Part shown: positions 39,501 to 51,927 of the stretch, in pieces
Numbering within the stretch: position 1 is the stretch's first letter
Layout of the letters: every line of letters begins with the position of its first letter
Assembly: GCA_963711085.1 (NCBI GenBank)
Contig: CAVQCT010000002.1
Span: forward strand, 1,227,678 to 1,291,677
Length of the DNA: 64,000 nt
Direction: 5' to 3'
From: an uncultured candidate division Zixibacteria bacterium
GTDB taxonomy: Bacteria; Zixibacteria; MSB-5A5; GN15; FEB-12
Notes under the pieces: generated by a model
Seen by the model: only the letters and a program-made list of their open reading frames with translations
What the model was told of the DNA's origin: nothing
Databases searched by the model: none
Made by a program: the position numbers and the translations under genes

Positions 39501-40532
39501 ATGAAAATTCGTTTGCTTGGTACGAGCAGAACCTTGGCGGCTGGGATGTTGCTCACGGTTTTCAGTTACGCATTCACCGCATCATCGGCACGTTCAACTT
39601 CCCGGATACCGGATCATCCGGAGACTGTTGCCACTTTCTCGATCGTGGCGTGTGATACGATCAGGGGAGAACTGGGAGTTGCGGTAGCTTCACGATTTTT
39701 TGCCGTCGGCAGTGTTGTGCCCTGGGCCAGGGCTGATATTGGTGCGGTTGCTACCCAGGCGTACGCCAACACGACATTCGGACCGGAGGGGCTTAAGTTG
39801 ATGGCCGTCGGGCTCTCTCCAAAAGCCGCCCTTGACAGCATGCTCAAAACGGACAAGGACCCATCGCGGCGCCAGGTAGGGATGGTCGCCGCGGATGGAA
39901 GTTCATTCACATACACCGGTGACAGTTGTTCGTTTTGGGCTGGAGGAAGGTCCGGGCCGGGATATGCCATACAGGGAAATATCCTTACCGGTGATTCTGT
40001 CGTGGCCCGGATGGAAACAACGTTCTTGAACACAGATGGTACCCTGGCCGACCGAATGTATGCCGCGTTGCTGGCTGGGGATTCAGCCGGGGGAGATTCC
40101 CGGGGAAAGCAGTCGGCGGCATTGATAGTCGTGAGGAAAGGCGCCGGATATGGCGGTTACAATGATCGCGCGATTGATATTCGCGTGGACGACAATCCCG
40201 ACCCGTTCACCGAGCTGGGGCGACTGCTCAAGATCGGCGAGATGAATTATTCGTGGAATGAAGCCTGGACAGCGTTCACCCAGAAGAGATTTGCGGATGC
40301 GCTCCCGCTGATGGAGAGTACGGCGCAGATGGCGCCTGACAATGCCGAAGTACTCTATGACCTGTGCGTGATTCGGTTGGCGGCGGGAGAGAAGGGGGCC
40401 GCCCTCGATGCGCTACGGGACGCCATCGCGATCAATCCAAAGCTGTCCCGGCAGGCGGAAGGAGACGCCGACCTGTCGTCGCTTCGCTCCGACCCGGAAT
40501 TCAAGCGTCTGACGGCACCGGAGCCGAAATAG
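39501..40532 (+). CDS. DUF1028 (Ntn-hydrolase-like) protein with C-terminal TPR-like region, secreted
   Basis: A signal peptide is followed by TFSIVACD, the DUF1028 N-terminal nucleophile context, and AIQGNIL. The C-terminal ~100 aa are TPR-like. Confidence 0.7.
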   Translation: MKIRLLGTSRTLAAGMLLTVFSYAFTASSARSTSRIPDHPETVATFSIVACDTIRGELGVAVASRFFAVGSVVPWARADIGAVATQAYANTTFGPEGLKLMAVGLSPKAALDSMLKTDKDPSRRQVGMVAADGSSFTYTGDSCSFWAGGRSGPGYAIQGNILTGDSVVARMETTFLNTDGTLADRMYAALLAGDSAGGDSRGKQSAALIVVRKGAGYGGYNDRAIDIRVDDNPDPFTELGRLLKIGEMNYSWNEAWTAFTQKRFADALPLMESTAQMAPDNAEVLYDLCVIRLAAGEKGAALDALRDAIAINPKLSRQAEGDADLSSLRSDPEFKRLTAPEPK

Positions 40533-40549
40533 TCGCAACCTCAGCCGGA

Positions 40550-40987
40550 CTACTGGAGGCGCTCGACCCGCTGTTTGAGCGCCTCGTTCATTTTGTGAAA
40601 GCCTGATTCAGTATCCTGGCCCATCATCCCCCAGAGAATCGGCACCAACAGACCGTTGAACCTCTCGCAGTGGACAAATCTGGTTCGGCCGGGAGAGATT
40701 GCTTCAAGCACAAACTGGTGCTCACCATCGAACAGGCCGGGAACAATGAGTCGCCCGATCCACCGGAGCTCCCGGTTAGCTGTGAATCGAAAGATCTTCG
40801 GTCGGAATGTCATCATTCGCTTTTCTGACAGCCGGACCCGGATCCTGATGGTTGAGCGAACGCTTCCCTCTCCGGTTATCTCGGTGATGAACGGATTCCA
40901 CTGCGGATACGTTTTGAAATCGGTAACAACTCGCCAGATCTGTTCTGGCGATGCCTCAATGACGATCTCTGTGCGGATCTCTTTCAT
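40550..40987 (-). CDS. SRPBCC superfamily protein (polyketide cyclase/dehydrase-like)
   Basis: 145-aa ORF. IEASPEQIWRVVTDFKTYPQWNPF is the typical SRPBCC N-terminal pattern. Confidence 0.7.
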   Translation of the reverse strand: MKEIRTEIVIEASPEQIWRVVTDFKTYPQWNPFITEITGEGSVRSTIRIRVRLSEKRMMTFRPKIFRFTANRELRWIGRLIVPGLFDGEHQFVLEAISPGRTRFVHCERFNGLLVPILWGMMGQDTESGFHKMNEALKQRVERLQ

Positions 40988-41135
40988 ATATACCGGCCTC
41001 TGTTCATCGTGAGGAACTTAGCATCAATCAATTCGGTTATAGAATCAAATAAAGGTGACGGATCCGTGGAGATTCTCATTCAGATTGATTCTGCAACCCG
41101 CTGATCCGTTCCGAACCAATAAAGCCGGAGGAATC

Positions 41136-41330
41136 ATGAAAAGCAATACACTTATGTATGTCGCGGGGGCAATGGTCGGTTGTCTTGCGTTTGGGTATTT
41201 TCTGGGAAGAGAACATGAAGCGTACACGATAAAAAAGGCGATCCAGAAGAGCAAACTGAACCTGCGCGAGAGGGCGAGCGACGCGATTGACTCGATTGTC
41301 GACGGAGTGCGCGACAAAGTGCACATGTAA
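41136..41330 (+). CDS. Small single-TM protein (64 aa), function unknown
   Basis: ATG 41136 lies 5 nt after GGAGG. One TM segment (LMYVAGAMVGCLAFGYFLG) is followed by a charged helical tail. Confidence 0.4.
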   Translation: MKSNTLMYVAGAMVGCLAFGYFLGREHEAYTIKKAIQKSKLNLRERASDAIDSIVDGVRDKVHM

Positions 41331-41397
41331 GATGCGGTTTTCAACCAGTGGTAACCGGTTGATGGCGCTGCGATAACGGGACCGATGCAAATATTGC

Positions 41398-41426
41398 TTG
41401 ACAATATCGCCTGCGCAGTCTATATT
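41398..41426 (+). promoter_or_regulatory. Near-consensus sigma70-type promoter with no adjacent CDS
   Basis: TTGACA (41398..41403), exactly 17 nt, TATATT (41421..41426). Confidence 0.55.
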
Positions 41427-41432
41427 AGGTTC

Positions 41433-41565
41433 GTAAGGTCCGCCGATTGAGGACGTAGTGAGACGTTCTCGCCACGTAAAGTGACAGACCACGCGGACAG
41501 CTTACGGAAAACATATCAAAGGTTTATGTAACCCCCCTGACTTCGTTCAGGGGGGAATCTTTTTT
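41433..41565 (+). ncRNA. Candidate structured small RNA or cis-leader (unclassified)
   Basis: It is bounded by the promoter above and the terminator below. Hand-found pairings are GUAAGGUCCGC/GCGGACAGCUUAC (closing stem), the GAGGACGU-AGUGAG-ACGUUCUC hairpin and the CCAC-GUAAA-GUG hairpin. There is no plausible ORF. Confidence 0.35.
41532..41565 (+). terminator. Rho-independent terminator
   Basis: CCCCCCTGA (41532..41540) pairs with TCAGGGGGG (41547..41555), followed by AATCTTTTTT. Confidence 0.7.
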
Positions 41566-41677
41566 GCCCAAATCGCGCCTTATCTCTTGAATTCATCCTG
41601 CTCGTGTGCCACTTTTGTCCTGTTCGGCTGTTTAGCCTTTTGATACAGGTAACGTCGATAAGCTCGGGAGTCAGAAA

Positions 41678-42226
41678 TTGCTTAAGTGGATCATTATCGC
41701 TGCTTGCGTGCTGGTCATTTTTGTCGTGCGGATTGTTATGGGCCTGCTCAAGAACGTTCCGCAGATCTCGACGGCACTTTTCTATTCCTGTATTGTGCTG
41801 ACCGTGTTGGGTCTCTTCCTGGTCGGTTACAATGCCGACCGGCTCACCCGACTCAGTGCCCGAAAATCATGGCCGACCGCTCCGGGACGCGTGATCGAAT
41901 CGGAGGTTCACGGCACCGAGGCCATTCGTCCTCTGGTTGTGTACTCGTACGATGTCGGCGGGGTGTCGTACACCGACAGCAGCACACTGGAGGCTCCGAC
42001 CTTCGGCAACGGACGCAAGGAGTACGAAGTTGCCAGGGATCTGTCGCAGGAGCATCCGGAGGGGAGCTATGTCAGGGTCTATTATGATCCGTCAAATCCG
42101 GCTGAGTCGGTTTTGATGCCGGAAGCGCCGTGGGATATTTACGGCAAGATCGGACTCGGCGGCACGCTGCTTATGCTCGGTCTATTCGGAGTCCTGCTGC
42201 CGCGGAGGAAGATCTCCGCATCCTGA
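41678..42226 (+). CDS. DUF3592 domain membrane protein
   Basis: TTG start after GGGAG, two N-terminal TMs, the pattern WPTAPGRV...PLVVYSYDVGGVSY...YVRVYYDPSNPAESVL, and a C-terminal TM. Confidence 0.6.
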   Translation: MLKWIIIAACVLVIFVVRIVMGLLKNVPQISTALFYSCIVLTVLGLFLVGYNADRLTRLSARKSWPTAPGRVIESEVHGTEAIRPLVVYSYDVGGVSYTDSSTLEAPTFGNGRKEYEVARDLSQEHPEGSYVRVYYDPSNPAESVLMPEAPWDIYGKIGLGGTLLMLGLFGVLLPRRKISAS

Positions 42227-42236
42227 GGCTCCGAAA

Positions 42237-44093
42237 TCAGCCGCCCGCTTCGTTTTTCAATATCTGCTGATAGAGGCGGAGTGCGTCGCCGTTTTGGGGG
42301 TTGAGTCTGAGACACTCCTGAACGGCCTTCTTGGCATCCTCCTGCCTTCCCGATCGTGCATATGCATACGCAAGCCTCAGCATGACATTGTCGTTGAGCG
42401 GGAAGCGCTGTCGAGCCTGTTCCAATATTTTGATGGCGGAGGCGGGGTCGTTTCGGTCCATCAGGATGCCGGAGTAATTGATGTAAGTTTCAACTACATT
42501 GGGATCAACCGTAATAGCCTTGTAGAAGTAGTTGGCCGCCCCGGTAAGATCCCCGCGTCGCGCACTGATCAGGCCGAGGTTGTTGTAGGCATTGCCGTAG
42601 GTCGAATCCGCCAGCACCGCCTTCTTGAATTCGGTTGTCGCGGCGGCAAGGTTTCCGTCTTCAAGATACGCATTGCCGAACATCTGATAATCCTCAGCTT
42701 TCGTCCGATGCGGATCCAGCTTCAGCATGTCGTGATTACTCCCGAGCAACAAGAGCACGAACGTAAAACCCCAGAGGGCTGCATTTCCACTCTTATGATT
42801 ACGGATGAATCCAACCAGCCTTTCAATTGCGAATACCGCGAACAATAAGAGGAAGGGTATCATCGGTTGACGATAGCGGGCACAGACAAAGAAAGTCAGC
42901 AACGAAATCGTGTACGCTGTGAGGAACAGGTAAACGAGCAGGTATTTCCGCCACTCCCGGAGAGAGAGCACGATACCGATCAGGGCGAGCGGCGCCAGAA
43001 TGCCGAAAGGGAAATAGATCAGCTTCTTGAACAACAGCGGTTCGAGAATAGTCGCGTACTCACCGGCAATATAGATATCCTGGTTGTTCGGAATCTCATA
43101 GCCGTTGAACAGGAGACCGAGCTTGCGGACGGTGAGCGCGATGAAGCTGCGTGGTGAAGCTTTGATTTCGTTCCAGGCCTGCTGATACCAAAAGTCGGAA
43201 ACTTCGGATTTGGTCAGCTTCCTTCCCGTCGCCTTCTCTGCGAACGAGACTGCTTCACGATAGCCACCTTCCCAGCTGAAGTCGATACCAGGCACGGTTG
43301 CCGACCAACCTGAAGCCCGGCGATTGTTTCCAATGAAGAAATTGAAGCCGCCCTGCCAGGCGATAAACACTGGATCGCCTGAGACTTCGTAATTGCGTAT
43401 CGTCACCGGGAGGATGACTATAACTGAAGCAAGTCCAATAAGCGCATACCCGATTAGGGCGCGCTTCAGTCCGACTTTGGGTCTCACTTCAAGCCATGCC
43501 CAGATCGCGAGCGCCGGTCCGAACAAGAGAATGTTAGGCCGGGCCAGTCCCGCTGTGCCAAGAAGGAGTCCTGCGATTACCAGGTGATACCACTTACGGG
43601 CATCCAGGCGGTACAGCCACATCACCGTCAAAATGGAAAGCAGGACGATCAGAAAGGTGATGAGCAGGGTACTGTCGAAATAAAGCAAAGTCGGATAGAA
43701 GACCGCAAGCGCGGAAGCCCAGAAGGCAGTCTTTCGCCTGAATAGCCTGATCCCTAACAGATAGATCAGGACGGGCAGAAACGAGCTGAGTACGATCTGG
43801 ATCAGGCGCGATCCGTAGAGCGAACCGCCGGTTACCCGGAATACGGCGGCCAGAAAGTATGGATACAGCGGGGCGCGATAAAACGGCTCGGCGGGAAGAT
43901 TCTCGGCGGAGTTGATCTGTTTGGCCAGCTCGACATGATACTTCTCGTCCATGACGGGATGCGAAAAAGTGGGCATGGCCTGGATCTGGCTGAGGTAGAC
44001 CAGCCTTACTGAGAAGGCCGCGATATATATGAGCAAGGGGACCAGCCAGTTGGCCCGACGGGCCAATGGTTGGACGATTCGTTTCAAAGACAT
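42237..44093 (-). CDS. GT-C (GT39/ArnT/PMT_2-like) glycosyltransferase fused to C-terminal TPR repeats (paralogue of 24698..26860)
   Basis: 618-aa ORF with a first-loop VMDEKYH motif, many TM segments and C-terminal TPR repeats (AYNNLGLI..., RLAYAYARSGR...). Confidence 0.75.
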   Translation of the reverse strand: MSLKRIVQPLARRANWLVPLLIYIAAFSVRLVYLSQIQAMPTFSHPVMDEKYHVELAKQINSAENLPAEPFYRAPLYPYFLAAVFRVTGGSLYGSRLIQIVLSSFLPVLIYLLGIRLFRRKTAFWASALAVFYPTLLYFDSTLLITFLIVLLSILTVMWLYRLDARKWYHLVIAGLLLGTAGLARPNILLFGPALAIWAWLEVRPKVGLKRALIGYALIGLASVIVILPVTIRNYEVSGDPVFIAWQGGFNFFIGNNRRASGWSATVPGIDFSWEGGYREAVSFAEKATGRKLTKSEVSDFWYQQAWNEIKASPRSFIALTVRKLGLLFNGYEIPNNQDIYIAGEYATILEPLLFKKLIYFPFGILAPLALIGIVLSLREWRKYLLVYLFLTAYTISLLTFFVCARYRQPMIPFLLLFAVFAIERLVGFIRNHKSGNAALWGFTFVLLLLGSNHDMLKLDPHRTKAEDYQMFGNAYLEDGNLAAATTEFKKAVLADSTYGNAYNNLGLISARRGDLTGAANYFYKAITVDPNVVETYINYSGILMDRNDPASAIKILEQARQRFPLNDNVMLRLAYAYARSGRQEDAKKAVQECLRLNPQNGDALRLYQQILKNEAGG

Positions 44094-44228
44094 GAATCAA
44101 TTATAAGTCGCTTTAACGGTTATGAAAAGGGTGAAATCGGGCGGGGGGCGCCACACTGGCTCAGTTGGTTCAAATTGATGTGATGGAGGGACCGTTCCCG
44201 GGAGGTTGTTGTTTCCGGTTTTAGCCAC

Positions 44229-44257
44229 TTGACAACCCAAAACTCACGTATTATTAT
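44229..44257 (+). promoter_or_regulatory. Putative rrn promoter P1
   Basis: TTGACA (44229..44234), 17 nt, TATTAT (44252..44257). Confidence 0.5.
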
Positions 44258-44355
44258 TACCTGCCGAATATGTGACAGCAGCGTGAGTGCTCAGGCCTTA
44301 CGGCGGCACAGCGTCCGGCCGGAAAGGCGAAACGAAAAAAAGTTAAAAAAAGCAC

Positions 44356-44384
44356 TTGACTCTACAACGCCGGCTGTATATACT
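44356..44384 (+). promoter_or_regulatory. Putative rrn promoter P2 with upstream A-tract (UP-like)
   Basis: TTGACT (44356..44361), 17 nt, TATACT (44379..44384). It is preceded by CGAAAAAAAGTTAAAAAAAGCA. Confidence 0.6.
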
Positions 44385-44602
44385 CGGTGTCTGCCACAGA
44401 AATGGCAGTATTTTTTTCGACTGAATTGAAGTTCTTTGACAACTAAATAGCCATACGAAATCAAGAGTCGTAAAGACTCGACGATGTCGCGGGTCCAAGA
44501 TTTACCCAAATCTTGATGACATAACTTTTACAGTAAATTCTGAATCGCGCGTTCTAAATGTGCTGATTCGGGAGCTCAAACGGTAAATACATATTATTGA
44601 TA

Positions 44603-46157
<1,555 letters not shown>

Positions 46158-46307
46158 TAAGGAGTAGGTGTGCTTGGATTCATACTGTGAATCCAACATT
46201 ACTTAGTCAACCGACATCGAAACAGTCTCCGACTCTTGATTTCTGTGGCTATTTATATAAATTTGTTCGCGTTTTATTTTCGGCGCGTGGGCAGAAAGTG
46301 TTTGATC

Positions 46308-46381
46308 GGGCCTATAGCTCAGTTGGTTAGAGCGCGCGCCTGATAAGCGCGAGGTCAGTGGTTCAACTCCACTTAGGCCCA
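46308..46381 (+). tRNA. tRNA-Ile (anticodon GAU)
   Basis: Cloverleaf by hand: acceptor GGGCCTA/TAGGCCC, anticodon loop CTGATAA, T-arm AGTGG-TTCAACT-CCACT. No encoded CCA. Confidence 0.95.
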
Positions 46382-46401
46382 TTGAAAAAGACAAGTTTAT
46401 C

Positions 46402-46474
46402 GGGGATGTAGCTCAGTTGGGAGAGCGGTGGCTTTGCAAGCCACAGGTCACCGGTTCGATCCCGGTCATCTCCA
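46402..46474 (+). tRNA. tRNA-Ala (anticodon UGC)
   Basis: Acceptor GGGGATG/CATCTCC (including the G3:U70 Ala identity pair), anticodon loop TTTGCAA, T-arm ACCGG-TTCGATC-CCGGT. Confidence 0.95.
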
Positions 46475-46654
46475 GTAAAGCAAATAAGAAGTGTATTGAC
46501 TTAAATACATAGACGCCACGCCCGGCGTGGGTCGACTGCTCTTTGACAACTTCATAGTGTTTTTTTCTGATACGTCAGAAGTATCTTCCAATAGGCTGTA
46601 TCGTTGCAATAATACAGTATTAAAGATGCTCTTATGTTAACCAAATTAAAATTC

Positions 46655-49660
<3,006 letters not shown>

Positions 49661-49751
49661 ATAAATTTCTACAGAGAGAATCGGAAATACTATGCAGCGT
49701 GCAGCCTGTTGGGCGATGCTGAGTCATATCAGAAAACGCTATGAAAATATT

Positions 49752-49868
49752 CTCGGTGGCGATAGCGACGGGGTCACACCTGTTCCCATTCCGAACACAG
49801 CAGTTAAGCCCGTCTACGTCGATGGTACTACTCGGGAGACCGTGTGGGAGAGTAGAAAGCTGCCGGGT
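49752..49868 (+). rRNA. rrf: 5S ribosomal RNA
   Basis: CCTGTTCCCATTCCGAACACAG and GGTACTACTCGGGAGACCGTGTGGGAGAGTAG motifs. The terminal helix CTCGGTGGC/GCTGCCGGG pairs, including G-U wobbles. Confidence 0.9.
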
Positions 49869-49877
49869 TAAAATGAA

Positions 49878-49908
49878 CCCCTCTTGTGAAAACAAGAGGG
49901 GTTTTTTT
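49878..49908 (+). terminator. rrn operon Rho-independent terminator
   Basis: CCCCTCTTGT-GAAA-ACAAGAGGGG followed by T7. Confidence 0.8.
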
Positions 49909-49947
49909 GTGATTGCGAAAGGCGAGGCGAAATCCTATGATGAGTTT

Positions 49948-50753
49948 ATGAAAGGGTACAAGTTTCGAAATTGGGGCGAATGTTGCCACCGAAGGTTGCT
50001 GACTCACCGGGAAATATACTTCGCGTCGCCGAAGGAATTTAATGATCCTTTTGATTGTAGAATACCTCCGAGATATGACTTAGAGGACATTGACACTCTT
50101 CGGAATGTACTTACTTCAATGCGAGTCACCGGCCTGACCGGCTGGAATCATGCTCAAATTGACGCCGAAGTTCAAGAGAAAATCGATCTGATCAAAAATC
50201 CCGGTAGATACGAAGAGTGGGTGACAGAATCCTGCAAGATTTCGTAGGCGATGTAAGGGTGCTGTGTCTGGCTGGTAATTTGCGAAATGATCTCATGTGG
50301 CTAAATTACGCACAGTCGCATCAAGGATTCTGCGTTGAAATCGACATGGACATACTCAGGAATCATCTAAGGAACAAGTTTGAACCGTATCTAAATGGTG
50401 CGGATATCGTAGATTTCTCGGTAATCTATAGGGAAAACATGCCCATAATTCGGCCGGCGATTCTTGAGTCAGATGGCCAGCTGTTTGCGCCGATACAGTA
50501 TAAGTCGCTTGAATGGAGTTACGAAGAAGAATGGCGATTTGTGGTTTACGGAAAGATCGACTTCGATCCGAACCCTATCCCCGTGGATGCGATCACAAGG
50601 GTCCTCCTTGGATGTCAAATCAGCGAAGCACACCGGGATGAGATTATGAGTGTCGTAAGAAGAGAATTTCCTCATACATCAATTTTGCAGGCACGACGAA
50701 CACCGTACGATTTTGGATTGGCCTTTGACGATGTTACCGATGTGCGCTCATAG
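49948..50753 (+). pseudogene. DUF2971 family protein, frame-disrupted
   Basis: The N-part (MKGYKFRNW...EIYFASPKEFNDPFDCRIPP) and C-part (VRVLCLAGNLRNDLMWLNYAQSHQGFCVEI...KSLEWSYEEEWRF) carry DUF2971 hallmarks but lie in different frames. The switch window is 50208..50247. The track ORF's first ~70 codons overlap the 5S gene and terminator and are spurious. Confidence 0.6.
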
Positions 50754-50816
50754 ATCGATCTACGGCCTAGCTCCCCGTCCGCGCTGCAGATGTCTTGTTC
50801 AACAGTGCCCTCCGCT

Positions 50817-51501
50817 GTAGGGCGGCCTCGTCTTCGAGCCCGCCATTCATCTTGTTTCGCCGATCCCGCAATCCCATCGGCTCACTCACCAAAATCCCCA
50901 ACGTACGATTGTGCCTCAACTCCCCAATTAGGTTGATATATCCCCCGCTTGAGATACAGATGAAACGAAGATAGCGTCCAATCGCCCGGCCCTCTCGTGT
51001 ATCCGTGCTTTACCGGATTGTAATGGACATAATCGAAATGCCTCTTGAAGTCTATTTCATCCCGGACAATGTGATCCCAATACCGTCCCTGCCAGATCGG
51101 TCCGGTTTGATGCGTCAGACTTCGCCATTTCATCCCGAATGAGTGTTTGATCGTACGAACGATTCGATTGGTGTCGCCGTCCGGGCAATTCATTGGCAAA
51201 TGGAAGTGGTCGGGGAGCACCGCCCAGGCAATCGGGTCAAAGGAAAACCGGCCCCGGGCGTGCCGGATCGATTTGTAAAGCAAGTCGCAGTGTTCGGTGA
51301 GCAACGGCCGGCGATCGGCCGTAACGCTTGTGACAAAACAGCACTGATTCGGAGCAAAATAGCGCAGGAGCTTCGACATGGGCGGATGATATGAATAGTC
51401 ACTGACAGGGGATGTCAGTGAAAATCAGGTTTCTCGGATTATTCCGGATATTCCTCTGGCACTTCCGTGAAACGGCGGGCTCGAAGACGAGGCCGCCCTA
51501 C
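50817..51501 (-). mobile_element. RAYT unit: Y1 (HUH) transposase gene bracketed by perfect 28-bp inverted REP copies
   Basis: GTAGGGCGGCCTCGTCTTCGAGCCCGCC at 50817..50844 is the exact reverse complement of 51474..51501. Confidence 0.75.
50882..51379 (-). CDS. REP-associated tyrosine transposase (RAYT; IS200/IS605 Y1 transposase-like)
   Basis: 165-aa ORF with the HUH motif (VLPDHFHLPM) and the catalytic Tyr region DYVHYNPVKHGY. Confidence 0.8.
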   Translation of the reverse strand: MSKLLRYFAPNQCCFVTSVTADRRPLLTEHCDLLYKSIRHARGRFSFDPIAWAVLPDHFHLPMNCPDGDTNRIVRTIKHSFGMKWRSLTHQTGPIWQGRYWDHIVRDEIDFKRHFDYVHYNPVKHGYTRGPGDWTLSSFHLYLKRGIYQPNWGVEAQSYVGDFGE

Positions 51502-51532
51502 CGGACGAATACCGGGTTTCTCCATCGCACCC
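51474..51532 (+). repeat. REP module A (hairpin GGCGGGCTCG-AAGA-CGAGGCCGCC) plus truncated module B
   Basis: Imperfect 10-bp palindrome followed by CGGACGAATACCGGGTTTCTCCATCGCAC, which resembles 51631..51659. Confidence 0.75.
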
Positions 51533-51609
51533 TCCTCCAGCCAGGCCGAAATAATGGACTGTAACCCATGTCCTGACACAAGGTGTAACCTATCTCTTGA
51601 CACCATACA

Positions 51610-51700
51610 TCGAAGACGAGGCTGCCCTACCGGACGAATGTCGGGTTTCTCCGTCGCACGTGTCTGACGACACGCGCTCCGTCGGAACACCGACCTACGT
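51610..51700 (+). repeat. Composite REP unit A+B
   Basis: TCGAAGACGAGGCTGCCCTAC, then a 63-nt module B (51638..51700) with internal hairpins CGTGTC-TGAC-GACACG and GTCGG-AACA-CCGAC. Confidence 0.75.
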
Positions 51701-51792
51701 TATGGTGCCATGCCTTTCGGCATGCCTGCGTACGTCCGGCCATAAGATTGTGCGGACCTACGGAAGAAGGGGTTTTATGAATCGATTGTCTT

Positions 51793-51828
51793 ACGTAGGG
51801 CGGTCCGGTCTTCCGGCTCGGCGGACGT
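51793..51828 (-). repeat. Degenerate module-A-like REP copy
   Basis: ACGTAGGGCGGTCCGGTCTTCCGGCTCGGCGGACGT resembles the inverted form of module A but has many substitutions. Confidence 0.4.
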
Positions 51829-51927
51829 ATTTGGCGGTTGTACAGCCGAGATTTCCAGACATTTCCATCTGAAAGGTGGGCTCCTCCGCGGTAAGGATGA
51901 CCCGTTCCCAGGCCGAGAACATCTTGC

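Noticed and set aside
41433-41565. Assigning the candidate sRNA to SRP (4.5S), 6S, tmRNA, RNase P or a known riboswitch class.
   Set aside because: None of the invariant cores I know is present: the SRP GGAAGCAGC helix-8 motif, RNase P GAGGAAAGTCC, the tmRNA ends, the TPP, SAM, B12, glycine, fluoride, ykkC or c-di-GMP cores. It is left unclassified.
49741-49947. The first ~70 codons of track ORF 49741..50247.
   Set aside because: They overlap the 5S rRNA and the rrn terminator. The DUF2971-like sequence begins only after 49909, and ATG 49948 gives a family-typical N-terminus.
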